IMG/VR virus record: IMGVR_UViG_3300021085_000025
Span: 1,205-65,204 of that record
Length of the DNA: 64,000 bases
Strand: one strand, 5' to 3'
Source of the DNA: a virus
Lineage: Duplodnaviria; Caudoviricetes
Under the pieces are notes generated by a model. The model did no database searches and was not told the DNA's origin. It was given only the letters and a program-made list of their open reading frames with translations. A program made the position numbers and the translations under genes. Positions 37,503 to 46,840 of the stretch are shown here, one piece after another. Every line of letters begins with the position of its first letter. Within the stretch, counting starts at the first letter, position 1.

Positions 37503-37851
37503 CTTTAAGCCCCAAGTCTTTGGCATATTTAGGTAATCTGCACGCCCAATAGCCAGCTTTAGTTTTATCGGTTTTAGTATCACAGTTATGACGAGCAGCA
37601 AAATTTCTTGCAGCGTCTCGGTCATTAATCTTAGATGTTAAACCGCCCTTTTCGTCACCAAATTCAATCTTTTTCACATTACCCGTTTTAGGATTTTTCA
37701 CATAAACAACATACTTCTTTTTCCCACTAGATCGTTTTGGTTTGTTTAACTCCTGCTCTTCATCAATTTCTATCATTGGTTGATCCAAAGGTACATGTTG
37801 ACCTTCATATAAACCAAATCTCTCTTCAATATGTTCTAAAAACGTATGCAT
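37480..37851 (-). CDS. Hypothetical protein
   Basis: KKYVVYVKNP..FGD, FAARHNC, AGYWAC. Confidence 0.6.
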   Translation of the reverse strand: MHTFLEHIEERFGLYEGQHVPLDQPMIEIDEEQELNKPKRSSGKKKYVVYVKNPKTGNVKKIEFGDEKGGLTSKINDRDAARNFAARHNCDTKTDKTKAGYWACRLPKYAKDLGLKGGGSYFW

Positions 37852-38303
37852 TATTTTCCCTTGATAGTCCTTACAACTTTACTTACTATCATTTTACTCG
37901 CTACTTGATATGCAAATCCATATCCCCATATTGCATGAAATGTATGATTCTTTTCTATTGCTTCTTTGCCACCAAAGTTTTTAGTCCAGTTATCTACATA
38001 TTCACCTTTATATCTTAGCACGGCGTGTGATACTTTCCATTTACTAGGACCAACCAAACATATACCGGCCTGGTGTGTTAATAGCATCCACCACATCTTA
38101 AGATGACTTTCTCCACATAATCTCCAAAGAATAGTAAGCGCATAGTCTTCGCAATCACCTACTAGTTTACCGTTTTCATCTTCGGAATAAATAATTTTCC
38201 ATGCATCATTCATGCCATATTGCTCTTTATCGTATCGGTATTTCCATTTACTATTAAACGATGATACAATTTTATCTCTTGCGTATTCTTCTGCGGTCTT
38301 CAT
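37851..38303 (-). CDS. Transglutaminase-like cysteine protease
   Basis: GDCEDYA...HAVL...DN catalytic triad. Confidence 0.7.
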   Translation of the reverse strand: MKTAEEYARDKIVSSFNSKWKYRYDKEQYGMNDAWKIIYSEDENGKLVGDCEDYALTILWRLCGESHLKMWWMLLTHQAGICLVGPSKWKVSHAVLRYKGEYVDNWTKNFGGKEAIEKNHTFHAIWGYGFAYQVASKMIVSKVVRTIKGK

Positions 38304-38968
38304 TTCTTTTGCCCCTTTATCCATTTTAATGCTATTGCATTTTCTGGTGATTTTGCAGCCCAGGTTTTTATGTCTTTATACGCTTCTAACGTTGAGGCTT
38401 CTATATCGGATCCTTTAGAGTTATCTATAATAATCATTCTATTTCTAAACAACCCTTGGAATTTACCAATGTTTTGTTGTACACCTTTCCACATTTTAGT
38501 CACCATATCATCAGGCAGTGATCGAGGCCTCATTTTATTTCTTTCTAATGCTGTGTCTAAGTCTGTGTTTACAAAAATCATATGCACTGCATATCCAATT
38601 GTCCTTAACATATCAACCTGTTTTTTAATCTTAGTGTAGTCTTTACCAGTACCATCAATAACAAGACCTAATCTACCGTTTAAAGCCAATTTCATCTGCT
38701 TACCGGTTAAAGATTTTGCACTAGCTCTTACTGCCTGCCCTTGAGCCGAAGCTATATCTTTTGGATCAGTTGTTAGGCCGGCCTTTTTTAATCCTTTTTC
38801 AAATGCATCATCTGAGTTTATCAATCTAAATCCCAATGCTTGCAAGGCAGTTTTACCCACAATGAATGATTTACCGCTTCCAGGTCCGCCTGCTAAGAAT
38901 ACAGCTTTAAATATAGAAGGATCATTTACACCTTCCATTATGTCAAAATGTTCTTTAAAATTATCCAC
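38300..38968 (-). CDS. P-loop kinase (zeta-toxin/AAA_33-like)
   Basis: AVFLAGGPGSGKS, INSDD, IDGTG, ALERN..R.R. Confidence 0.75.
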   Translation of the reverse strand: MDNFKEHFDIMEGVNDPSIFKAVFLAGGPGSGKSFIVGKTALQALGFRLINSDDAFEKGLKKAGLTTDPKDIASAQGQAVRASAKSLTGKQMKLALNGRLGLVIDGTGKDYTKIKKQVDMLRTIGYAVHMIFVNTDLDTALERNKMRPRSLPDDMVTKMWKGVQQNIGKFQGLFRNRMIIIDNSKGSDIEASTLEAYKDIKTWAAKSPENAIALKWIKGQKK

Positions 38969-39422
38969 CGAATTCGTGCCCTGCTACTCTTTTCATTTGC
39001 TTTTTAAATTCAGCAAAGTCTGGTTTACTTTTGTAAAGCTTAATTGATATCTCACTTCTATCTTTACCTTTAATTCTCCAGTTATAACCTTGTTCTTTAT
39101 GTTCCGGTTTTGTCGTCTTTACTACTCTACGCTTAAAACCATTTTCCCATGATTCTGAACCTTCCGATAACTGTTCATCAATCATTATAGCAAGGACGTG
39201 AGGATCAAGACCAAACTGATTCGCAATCCTGCCTGCGTAATATTCTTTACCATGCCTTGGTTTAGGACCATGTTTATACATGATCTCTTTTACTTTATCA
39301 ATTGCACGTTGATACTTCTTTTTAAAAATTGTATCTGCAGCAAGTTTTTTAATCAATTGATGAGTAGTTAATTCACCTAACGCTACTGGCAATTTATCAA
39401 ACATTTCTTGAAATGTTTTCAC
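38961..39422 (-). CDS. Putative internal head protein
   Basis: MKTFQE N-terminus. Confidence 0.55.
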   Translation of the reverse strand: MKTFQEMFDKLPVALGELTTHQLIKKLAADTIFKKKYQRAIDKVKEIMYKHGPKPRHGKEYYAGRIANQFGLDPHVLAIMIDEQLSEGSESWENGFKRRVVKTTKPEHKEQGYNWRIKGKDRSEISIKLYKSKPDFAEFKKQMKRVAGHEFGG

Positions 39423-39673
39423 TTTATTCTTTTTCCTTTTTTTAATACTGCCATAGCATCTTTCTTATCCATTCCCATACTATATGGATCTACTAGCCAT
39501 GCTAAAAGATCTTTGACATTTCCTGACACTTTAATAGTAGCATTTTTTCTGTCCCATCGATCTAGATAAACACCGACATCTTGGAAATCACCTTGGTATT
39601 CCCTAGGATCACCCATGTCCCAATTAACTTCTATCTGCTTATTTGCTTCTCGTATTTCTTGAAATGTTTTCAC
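39419..39673 (-). CDS. Putative internal head protein
   Basis: MKTFQEIRE N-terminus. Confidence 0.55.
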   Translation of the reverse strand: MKTFQEIREANKQIEVNWDMGDPREYQGDFQDVGVYLDRWDRKNATIKVSGNVKDLLAWLVDPYSMGMDKKDAMAVLKKGKRIK

Positions 39674-39674
39674 T

Positions 39675-40172
39675 TTATTTTAGCACCTTCGCTAATTCTT
39701 GAACTGTCATAACTTTAATATTGCCTTCCTGATCGACAGTACCAAACTTTAAAGTTTTACCGTCAAGTCTTGGCTTAATGGTATATGCAGATAGTCCACC
39801 CTTTTTACCTGGGATATTATGGACTGTTCCATCTTTATCCATTTTAGGCTTTCCTCTATGACTTGGATTGTCGTTGCCAAGTGCTTCATCAACAGACTCT
39901 TTCTTAACCACCTTTGAACTATTTTTGTCAATGAAATCAGCTGATTTATTTTGAGCACTACGATCGCCTCCTCTAGCATATGCATCTAGATATGCTTGAG
40001 CATGAGCTTCGGCATGTTTAGGTGATTTCCAGCCAACTGATCCAAGGTACATCACTTTACCAGTTTTTTTGTTTTTAACTTCGGCTCGATGGCCGCCGAA
40101 TTTAGACTTTTCTGACCCTACAACATATTCTGCTGGATCAAATCTCTCTCTTAATTGCGTAAATTGTTTCAT
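39675..40172 (-). CDS. Putative internal head protein
   Basis: MKQFTQLRE N-terminus. Confidence 0.55.
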   Translation of the reverse strand: MKQFTQLRERFDPAEYVVGSEKSKFGGHRAEVKNKKTGKVMYLGSVGWKSPKHAEAHAQAYLDAYARGGDRSAQNKSADFIDKNSSKVVKKESVDEALGNDNPSHRGKPKMDKDGTVHNIPGKKGGLSAYTIKPRLDGKTLKFGTVDQEGNIKVMTVQELAKVLK

Positions 40173-41359
40173 TAACTTCCCCTTACTTTAGCAGCTAGGT
40201 CTTTATCAGCCCCGCCCCATGTTCCTTTTGATTTTGTTGCAAATGAATTAACCCGTGCTAATCCCCATTGTGTTGGATTTGTTCCTGGTCTATGACTTGA
40301 TTTCCAAGCTGCGTATCCTCTATCAAATACCTTTTTTAATATGCCATAAGGCATACCAGATTTATCAGCTTTCTTTTGAAGTGCTTTCTTTGCATCAGCT
40401 TCTTCTAAAGATTGTGAGAAGCTTTTCATTTCTCCAAACTTCCTTTTAAACTCTTTCGTATGATCGCTTTCTGGAGCATTAGGTCTTGGCTTATTATGTG
40501 CCTCTTTTTCCTTTGCATTCATATCAGAGTATTTCTTTTCTTCCAAATGCTCAACGTCATCTAACCAAACACGTTTCTTCCATTCACCAAATTCGACAAC
40601 CAAGAAGTTCGTACCACATCTCTGAATCATTCCAATTTGATTTGTTTCTTTTAGAACAACCTCATCTCCAGGCTTAAACAACTCACCCTCGATAAATTTT
40701 TCTCTTTGCTCGGATACTGGTTCTAGCTCTACATGTTTGCGGTGCATGTGAGTTTCTTTTAGTCCCATACCTTTTCTAATTGTATTAAATAATGCTTTTG
40801 AATCTTTATAACCTTGTGGCATTCCTTTAGTAAAGTTTTCTAAATCATTATCTGAGGCATAAGCTCTGAGTTTAGACGCTGACATACCAGCTACACCTTC
40901 AGCGTCTGGATCTCTTTCTCCAGCTGAAACCACTTTTATACCTTTTTCAAAATTATAGAAACCGTGTCTAGAATCAACACCATTATATTTGTTGAGCAGA
41001 GTGTCAAACTCTTTTAGCCTATCTGAACCAGCAATCATTGTTACTGATGTAAAGCCTTGGCCATATAACTTAACACAAATATCTAATGCAGTTCTAACGT
41101 CGGCATCGGCCATTACGCTTCGCGCGTGCTTTGGAAACATTTTACGTAGAAACTTTACTTTATCTTTAAACGACAAAGGGTTTTTCTTAGGATCTTGAGA
41201 CTTTGAACCGTATATTCTATATGGATTAGATCCGGCCGTTTTCTTTAGCTTATCAAAAAGTTTTTCATGACCCGACGTTGGTGGATTAAATCGACCAAAA
41301 ACGAAGTATACTTCGCCTTTAGCTTCAGTCAAATATTGGCTAAAACTCTTAAATTCCAT
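40172..41359 (-). CDS. Cytidylyltransferase-like (HIGH-family) multidomain protein
   Basis: FGRFNPPTSGH, KNPL, GSDR, MSAS; extra C-terminal domain RG.AAW..HRPG. Confidence 0.8.
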   Translation of the reverse strand: MEFKSFSQYLTEAKGEVYFVFGRFNPPTSGHEKLFDKLKKTAGSNPYRIYGSKSQDPKKNPLSFKDKVKFLRKMFPKHARSVMADADVRTALDICVKLYGQGFTSVTMIAGSDRLKEFDTLLNKYNGVDSRHGFYNFEKGIKVVSAGERDPDAEGVAGMSASKLRAYASDNDLENFTKGMPQGYKDSKALFNTIRKGMGLKETHMHRKHVELEPVSEQREKFIEGELFKPGDEVVLKETNQIGMIQRCGTNFLVVEFGEWKKRVWLDDVEHLEEKKYSDMNAKEKEAHNKPRPNAPESDHTKEFKRKFGEMKSFSQSLEEADAKKALQKKADKSGMPYGILKKVFDRGYAAWKSSHRPGTNPTQWGLARVNSFATKSKGTWGGADKDLAAKVRGS

Positions 41360-41360
41360 T

Positions 41361-41747
41361 TTACGCATCACCACCTTTGCTTTTTAACTTGGCTCTATCT
41401 TTCGCCTTTACTTGAGGAAGCAATTTCTTAGCGATTTTCTTAATAGCAGCTTTTTTCTTATCTAACTTCTTTTCAATACTTTGACGTCCAGCAAATGACA
41501 AGTCGCTTTTGCTTTTGTTTTTTAGTATTTTTTTAATTAGAATTTCGCGAGCTTGTTTCTCTGCACGCTGCTTTAGTTTTTCTGGGGATGCTAACTTTTT
41601 GGATGCTTTCTTTTTTCCAAGTGCTATTTTAGCTTTGTTTTTTCTGAATGCGGCTTTCATCTTCATACGATGTTGAAGAGACATTGCCTCTGAAAAATCT
41701 GCATTTTCTTCAGATATATCTGCGCTGTGATCTTTGAACGATTTCAT
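41361..41747 (-). CDS. Lys-rich putative internal head protein
   Basis: MKSFKD; acidic leader followed by a very basic body. Confidence 0.55.
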   Translation of the reverse strand: MKSFKDHSADISEENADFSEAMSLQHRMKMKAAFRKNKAKIALGKKKASKKLASPEKLKQRAEKQAREILIKKILKNKSKSDLSFAGRQSIEKKLDKKKAAIKKIAKKLLPQVKAKDRAKLKSKGGDA

Positions 41748-41764
41748 CTTATCCTCGGTTCCAT

Positions 41765-43006
41765 TTAGTTAGGATTATCCCAACCTTTAATTATATCTTT
41801 GCTAAAGTTATTAGTAGAAAATTCTAATCTATCAACAAGCTTAACAGCTCCACCTTCCATACGATCTATAGCAACAAAACCCTCTGGGTTGGTCACTTTA
41901 AATCCGGACTTAGTCTTAACAAACGTATTAATTTTACTTAGTTTGTTAAGTTTATTTATAATAATTAATTTGCTATCTGTCACCAAATTATGCAAATCAA
42001 ACACTTTTTGTAAACTTTTTATATTTGATTTGTCAAAAAATGCAAGTAATTCGTCACGTTTTGCTATTTGTACATCTTTTCCCTTTTGGCTGCTTCTCTT
42101 ATCGATTTCTTTTTGGTATCTAGCTTGAACAAACATAACAAGCCCAGTTGCATGTTTCTTAGTATCAGTAATACGTTGACCATCTCTTACTTTAGTGTTG
42201 TTATATACATTAATCATAAGATTCAGTTCTTTGTTACCTTCGATTGTTTTAAGAGTTGATGATGATATTGTTCTAAATATTTTGCCAGCTTCTGATAATT
42301 TTTTATTTAAATCATCAGTTTCTTTCTTAGTTAAAGTCGCAGTCCCGGATAAATCATCTAGGGTTGCATCTTGCATCCATACGTCTTTAGAAGGTCTAAG
42401 TTTGCTAACAATTTCTTTCCCAAACTCAGCTCTCATTGTTTCGAACGTTGCTCCAGAATAAGTTGTATGCCACACAATTCCGATTTTAGCCGATTGAATC
42501 GTCTTACCAAGTGTGCTGCCAGTAGGTACTGCATAAGCGATAGTGTTAGGATGAAACACAACATGACTAACTCCATTTATATTCTCCTTCTTAAGGTCAG
42601 ACTTATCAAACATAAAGTCGCCTTGTACAACGCCTTTAATTCCTAAAGGCTTTAGATAATCATAGGCCATCTTTAATTTCTTAGATAAATCACCGGATGT
42701 ATCTGCATCGATATCAGCATGAGACTTATAAATTTTTGGATTGGCATTAAAGATACCCTTTTTTGCAACAAAGAATTGCCCATCCGATGGATCTTCACCT
42801 GCAAATACGGCGGGGGCGCCGTCCCACTTTACGGTTATGTCTACTGCAGCTTTTGCATTACCGGATAACATATCTCGCAACGACCTGAGTGCAAGTATAG
42901 CCTGGCGCGCCCCCTTAACTCCGCCGTCAAGAATGAGATCCTCGATATGAATCATATGAGTGTTCTTTCCTGCGGCTTCTGATAATTGATTTTTAAATGA
43001 TTTCAT
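41765..43006 (-). CDS. Conserved phage protein with ligase-type nucleotidyltransferase motifs
   Basis: TVKWDGAPA (KxDG), QGD, EGFV, VKLVDR. Confidence 0.6.
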   Translation of the reverse strand: MKSFKNQLSEAAGKNTHMIHIEDLILDGGVKGARQAILALRSLRDMLSGNAKAAVDITVKWDGAPAVFAGEDPSDGQFFVAKKGIFNANPKIYKSHADIDADTSGDLSKKLKMAYDYLKPLGIKGVVQGDFMFDKSDLKKENINGVSHVVFHPNTIAYAVPTGSTLGKTIQSAKIGIVWHTTYSGATFETMRAEFGKEIVSKLRPSKDVWMQDATLDDLSGTATLTKKETDDLNKKLSEAGKIFRTISSSTLKTIEGNKELNLMINVYNNTKVRDGQRITDTKKHATGLVMFVQARYQKEIDKRSSQKGKDVQIAKRDELLAFFDKSNIKSLQKVFDLHNLVTDSKLIIINKLNKLSKINTFVKTKSGFKVTNPEGFVAIDRMEGGAVKLVDRLEFSTNNFSKDIIKGWDNPN

Positions 43007-44370
43007 TATTGATATACCTTTACATATGCGCTAGAATCTTCGGATTTAGATCCAGCGTAATTTACTATTTTTGTTATCCATCGATTTGCTTTTGGACCCA
43101 TGTTTTTATCTACGTTATATAGTGTATATAAGCATGCTAATTTAGAATGTATCCAGATAGCATCTTTAGCAAACAATTCTTTTTCGAATTCTTCATAAGA
43201 ATCATTTTTATAAAAATGACTATACATATCGTAAAATATTTTAATAGATCTTTTATCTTTTTTAGTAATATTTTTAGCTATTTTATTGACTAATTTATTG
43301 TCTGGTATTTTTCTTCTAAAGACTTGTTTCAAAGCTTCTTGCATAACACCGTATCCAGCTCCACCGCCTCTAGCAGTTTTAAGTCTAATTTCACCTTTAA
43401 TAGCTCCGCCGGCAGAACCTGCTCTTAAATCAAGTTTGCCATCATCGAATATTACAGTGGCTCCTTTATTAGACCAGAAAGTACCACGCTTTTCGCCTTG
43501 AAATATGATAGATTGAATTTTGTGATCGTCAGTGTCAGGGGGTAGTTTGATATTGTATTCTTTCAACTTGGCTGTTTTTTTGACGAGCTTAAGTGATATT
43601 GCTACAAGGTTTCGATCAACAAAGGCTTGTAACAATGCTTTATTATATGCGGCAATATTTTCAGTATTTAGAGTTGATAATTTGTAACTTTTTTCAACGG
43701 CCCAGATATCTCCAGGATTCCATTTATCATCTTTGACAGGTTTTTGATCTGAATTTTTATATGCAACATTTTTATATGCATATATTGTATTCATCAATTT
43801 GCTATTTCTATGGAACGTTTGTGACTTATTGATATAGCCATTTTTAATAAGAAGAAGTGCAGATTCGTATGATGAGTGAAACCAACCATCTTCAACTGAT
43901 AATACTTCATCCAAAGTTGCATCAACGTAAACTCTTTTATATGCGGATTTAATTATCTCTTCGCTCATAAAGAATTCTTTATCTTGAATGCCGTTATCTA
44001 GCATAGCTTGACAAATAACGCATTGGTGCGATTCGGTTATTTTGGTATTAAGAGTACCGCCACCTGAACCGCCGCCGCCACCAAAGACAGAACCTTTTCC
44101 AAGCTCTGACGAACTAATAGTTTTACCGTCTCCATGCAGCGGAAATGGCTTATTTAGTTTTTTGAAAATTTCAATTTGAGAAAGAGCATCATCAATTTCA
44201 GTGACAATAAATGTACCACCCTTAGCTAGTTCAAGGGGCTTTTTGTCTCTTATAAGTCTAGTAAGAATATCTAAACGATCTTCACCAGTAACTGAATTCG
44301 GTTTATTTAGCTCTGAAGGAGTTAATTTTACTGCCTCTTTGACAGTATCGAAAGATAAAAAATTTTTCAT
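43006..44370 (-). CDS. Hypothetical protein, possible restriction-endonuclease fold
   Basis: ES.QC...DKWNPGDIW...ISLK. Confidence 0.5.
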   Translation of the reverse strand: MKNFLSFDTVKEAVKLTPSELNKPNSVTGEDRLDILTRLIRDKKPLELAKGGTFIVTEIDDALSQIEIFKKLNKPFPLHGDGKTISSSELGKGSVFGGGGGSGGGTLNTKITESHQCVICQAMLDNGIQDKEFFMSEEIIKSAYKRVYVDATLDEVLSVEDGWFHSSYESALLLIKNGYINKSQTFHRNSKLMNTIYAYKNVAYKNSDQKPVKDDKWNPGDIWAVEKSYKLSTLNTENIAAYNKALLQAFVDRNLVAISLKLVKKTAKLKEYNIKLPPDTDDHKIQSIIFQGEKRGTFWSNKGATVIFDDGKLDLRAGSAGGAIKGEIRLKTARGGGAGYGVMQEALKQVFRRKIPDNKLVNKIAKNITKKDKRSIKIFYDMYSHFYKNDSYEEFEKELFAKDAIWIHSKLACLYTLYNVDKNMGPKANRWITKIVNYAGSKSEDSSAYVKVYQ

Positions 44371-44376
44371 AATAGC

Positions 44377-44417
44377 ATTATACCATTCCTAGTGAAGTTT
44401 GTACAATACTATTTATA
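44377..44417 (-). promoter_or_regulatory. Tandem late (TATAAATA 44410-44417) and early (TGTACA-N17-TATAAT) promoters
   Basis: Both consensus sequences lie upstream of 44370. Confidence 0.7.
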
Positions 44418-44603
44418 CTATTTTTTACTTCGGTGTTTAGGATTGTACGACTTATTTGGCCAGACATCGTCATTTTCATCAACAGTAATAATGCCGATTA
44501 GTTCTAACATATCTATCATTTTTTCTCCGCCTTGCTTTATTCCTATATTATAGGAAGAAAAGCCGACGCCAAGTACACAACAAACAAATATAATATATTC
44601 CAT
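44418..44603 (-). CDS. Small membrane protein
   Basis: Hydrophobic N-terminus; GAGG RBS. Confidence 0.45.
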   Translation of the reverse strand: MEYIIFVCCVLGVGFSSYNIGIKQGGEKMIDMLELIGIITVDENDDVWPNKSYNPKHRSKK

Positions 44604-44755
44604 TAAACCTCACCATTATAACGAAAACAAACCGATTCATGACCATGCGCAAGCATGCCTTTATGAAATCGCCGTGCCTCATCTTCATATTTAAAGATAT
44701 ATTCAGCTACTAAATCACTATGATTGTTAACTGCTATTACTTTCCAGCTATCCAC
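44603..44755 (-). CDS. Small hypothetical protein (50 aa, GTG start)
   Basis: Read manually; fills the gap with 1-nt overlaps. Confidence 0.4.
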   Translation of the reverse strand: MDSWKVIAVNNHSDLVAEYIFKYEDEARRFHKGMLAHGHESVCFRYNGEV

Positions 44756-44988
44756 TATCCGTTCCTCATGTATTTTGACGCGGGCTTTAGTTCAACAAAC
44801 TTCCTACGAGATTTCGAAAATTGCTTCATAGGAGACTTAAATTGAGTATACTTCTTTGTGCCAGTAGCTTTAAAGCCAACGCATTGGCCATGCTCGTTTA
44901 AAATGTAAGTATGATTAGGAACTGCATATCCTGCATCATCCCAATTGGTTATTTCTTTTAACGCTTTATACTGTGTAGACATAAACAT
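44755..44988 (-). CDS. Hypothetical protein
   Basis: EIT.W....PNHTY...FSKSRRKF. Confidence 0.55.
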   Translation of the reverse strand: MFMSTQYKALKEITNWDDAGYAVPNHTYILNEHGQCVGFKATGTKKYTQFKSPMKQFSKSRRKFVELKPASKYMRNG

Positions 44989-45292
44989 CTAACCTTTCTG
45001 CATGTTTTAATGGAAGAGACTGATCGTACGCTCTAGGATGTTTTCCATCAGCAATTGCTGCTGCGGTTCTTGGCCCTCTACCTTGACACTTAACTCGGTA
45101 TCTAGTAGACTTAACAGGTTCGACGTCAGTCCAACCACTTTGAAATCTATAGTTGTTCGTTTTGTCTTTCTGAGCAGCCATTTTGTTTATAGCTTTTACA
45201 GTTGACCTAACAGTTTCGAGTTCTAACATATCACCTGCACTTTTAGCGTGTGCAGTCATTACATAGCTATCACTTATATTTCCTTTTTTCAT
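44966..45292 (-). CDS. Hypothetical early protein
   Basis: RYRVK.QGRGPR...DVYVY; RBS after promoter. Confidence 0.55.
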   Translation of the reverse strand: MKKGNISDSYVMTAHAKSAGDMLELETVRSTVKAINKMAAQKDKTNNYRFQSGWTDVEPVKSTRYRVKCQGRGPRTAAAIADGKHPRAYDQSLPLKHAERLDVYVYTV

Positions 45293-45327
45293 AATATAAT
45301 TCCTTATCAATTGTTTAATATAAAGCT

Positions 45328-45357
45328 ATTATACAATAGTTTTACACATTTGTACAC
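45328..45357 (-). promoter_or_regulatory. Early promoter GTGTACA-N17-TATAAT
   Basis: Consensus match. Confidence 0.75.
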
Positions 45358-45386
45358 ACTTTTTTGTTAAAAAAGTATATAAGTTT

Positions 45387-45563
45387 CTATACGCCGTGAG
45401 TCATGTGCTCGTAAGAATCTTTGCATTCTTTAAGCTTGTCGCCACACGCACATGTTTCTGATTCTTCGATTGAAGGAGCTCCTACAATAGATCTGACTTG
45501 ATCTTCAGCGAGAGTCACTCCTACCAGAGTTGCGATTACTTCTTCTAAATTTGGTTCATACAT
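45387..45563 (-). CDS. Small protein with C-x-C...C...H motif
   Basis: CACG....C...YEHMT.G. Confidence 0.5.
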   Translation of the reverse strand: MYEPNLEEVIATLVGVTLAEDQVRSIVGAPSIEESETCACGDKLKECKDSYEHMTHGV

Positions 45564-45573
45564 AATATTTTCC

Positions 45574-45906
45574 TTAAATTCCTGTCCATCGTACTGCAGC
45601 TTTGTTGTAACCTTCGAGGATATTTCCTCTTGCAAAGTTAGTAGCTGGAGCATTATATCCAGCAGCCATTAGCATATCACCAATCTTAAACTTCTCATTA
45701 GTTTTGTTATCGATGGCTTTAGGTGATTTTTTGACGATGAAACCGACTACGCTTGAAGCACCGCTTTCTTCTTGTCTCAGCAACTTAATATAGTTTCTTC
45801 CTTCTTCGAAGACATACTTATCATTTTTAGTGTGCTCGTACTTAGCATGCAATTGGTTTTGCATGATAGTTAAAAGTTCTTGGGTTTTTTCAATTAGTTC
45901 GTTCAT
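45574..45906 (-). CDS. Hypothetical early protein
   Basis: GR.YIKL, GD.L.AAGYNAPA...RGNI. Confidence 0.6.
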   Translation of the reverse strand: MNELIEKTQELLTIMQNQLHAKYEHTKNDKYVFEEGRNYIKLLRQEESGASSVVGFIVKKSPKAIDNKTNEKFKIGDMLMAAGYNAPATNFARGNILEGYNKAAVRWTGI

Positions 45907-45937
45907 ATTCGCTTTCCTCATCATTTAATATAGGTAT

Positions 45938-45992
45938 ATTATACACCACTTTTATGGCTTTGTACACCCTTTTTTTAGACTATTTTGTTATA
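45938..45992 (-). promoter_or_regulatory. Early promoter with 23-bp upstream repeat
   Basis: GTGTACA-N17-TATAAT plus TTTTTTTAGACTATTTTGTTATA at 45970-45992. Confidence 0.8.
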
Positions 45993-46003
45993 TTAAATTG
46001 CGT

Positions 46004-46663
46004 TTATATAACATCATCTAAAGGAAATATTTGATATATCGCTTCTGCGCAAGCTTTAGCAATTTCTTGGTGTTCTTTTTGAGTACCATTTGCCGCTCTC
46101 AACTGAATGTAATGAATCCAAGATCTCAATGTTCCGTTGACATACATACGAGACATTGTTAAACCTTCAGGTAGTATTGCTCTAGCCTGTTCCTTTGCGA
46201 TGCCGGCCTCAATAGCCCATTCATAAGCATGTTTACAACGCTCAATAATCACCTCTTGATATGATTCCCATATATGATGAATAGGATCATCACTTCCAAG
46301 AACGACTGAATTTTGGCGATTCTTATTATCCTGCATTCTAGCTTCTCTAGTAACAAAGCTCAAATCTTTGATAGGATCAGCATACCGCTGGCTAAATTCT
46401 TGAAACGAAAAAGACCGATGTCTAAGAATTTGCCGAGCGATATCCCTGGTTGTATCTATTTCCATGCAGACACTGGCCATCTCTAAAGGTGACCAGTGCT
46501 GGTGTTTAATCAGATACTTGACCAACTTTTCCGCAGTTTCTTCATTATTTTGGTTTTCTGGATTTGAAACACGAGCGCAATATGCGACCATTTGTAATAA
46601 ATCATCCTTCAAATCAACGCCAATTGCTGGCTTACTATACGAAATAACGCGTACTTTAAACAC
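46004..46663 (-). CDS. thyX: Flavin-dependent thymidylate synthase
   Basis: HWSPLE, RHRSFSFQEFSQRY signature, EQAR..LP, TQKEH. Confidence 0.95.
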   Translation of the reverse strand: MFKVRVISYSKPAIGVDLKDDLLQMVAYCARVSNPENQNNEETAEKLVKYLIKHQHWSPLEMASVCMEIDTTRDIARQILRHRSFSFQEFSQRYADPIKDLSFVTREARMQDNKNRQNSVVLGSDDPIHHIWESYQEVIIERCKHAYEWAIEAGIAKEQARAILPEGLTMSRMYVNGTLRSWIHYIQLRAANGTQKEHQEIAKACAEAIYQIFPLDDVI

Positions 46664-46666
46664 TAA

Positions 46667-46831
46667 TTAATCCTCTTTCTTTACCAAGGTGTAGATACCA
46701 TATACTAAACCAACCCAAGCTAACATTTTAGCCAAGCCGCCAAATAATACAACTGAACCGCAAACCGCAATCAACGCAATACCGTCGTGCGAGGTTCTTT
46801 CAACCAATCTAGATTTCATCCAATCTAACAT
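46667..46831 (-). CDS. Small 2-TM protein (54 aa)
   Basis: MLDWMKSRLVERTSHDG..., AGGAG RBS, read manually. Confidence 0.55.
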   Translation of the reverse strand: MLDWMKSRLVERTSHDGIALIAVCGSVVLFGGLAKMLAWVGLVYGIYTLVKKED

Positions 46832-46840
46832 ATATTTCTC

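Noticed and set aside
38300-38968. Zeta toxin-antitoxin module or the hm-DNA kinase of the modification pathway
   Set aside because: No antitoxin is evident and it lies about 11 kb from the modification cluster, in the late internal-protein block; substrate cannot be assigned
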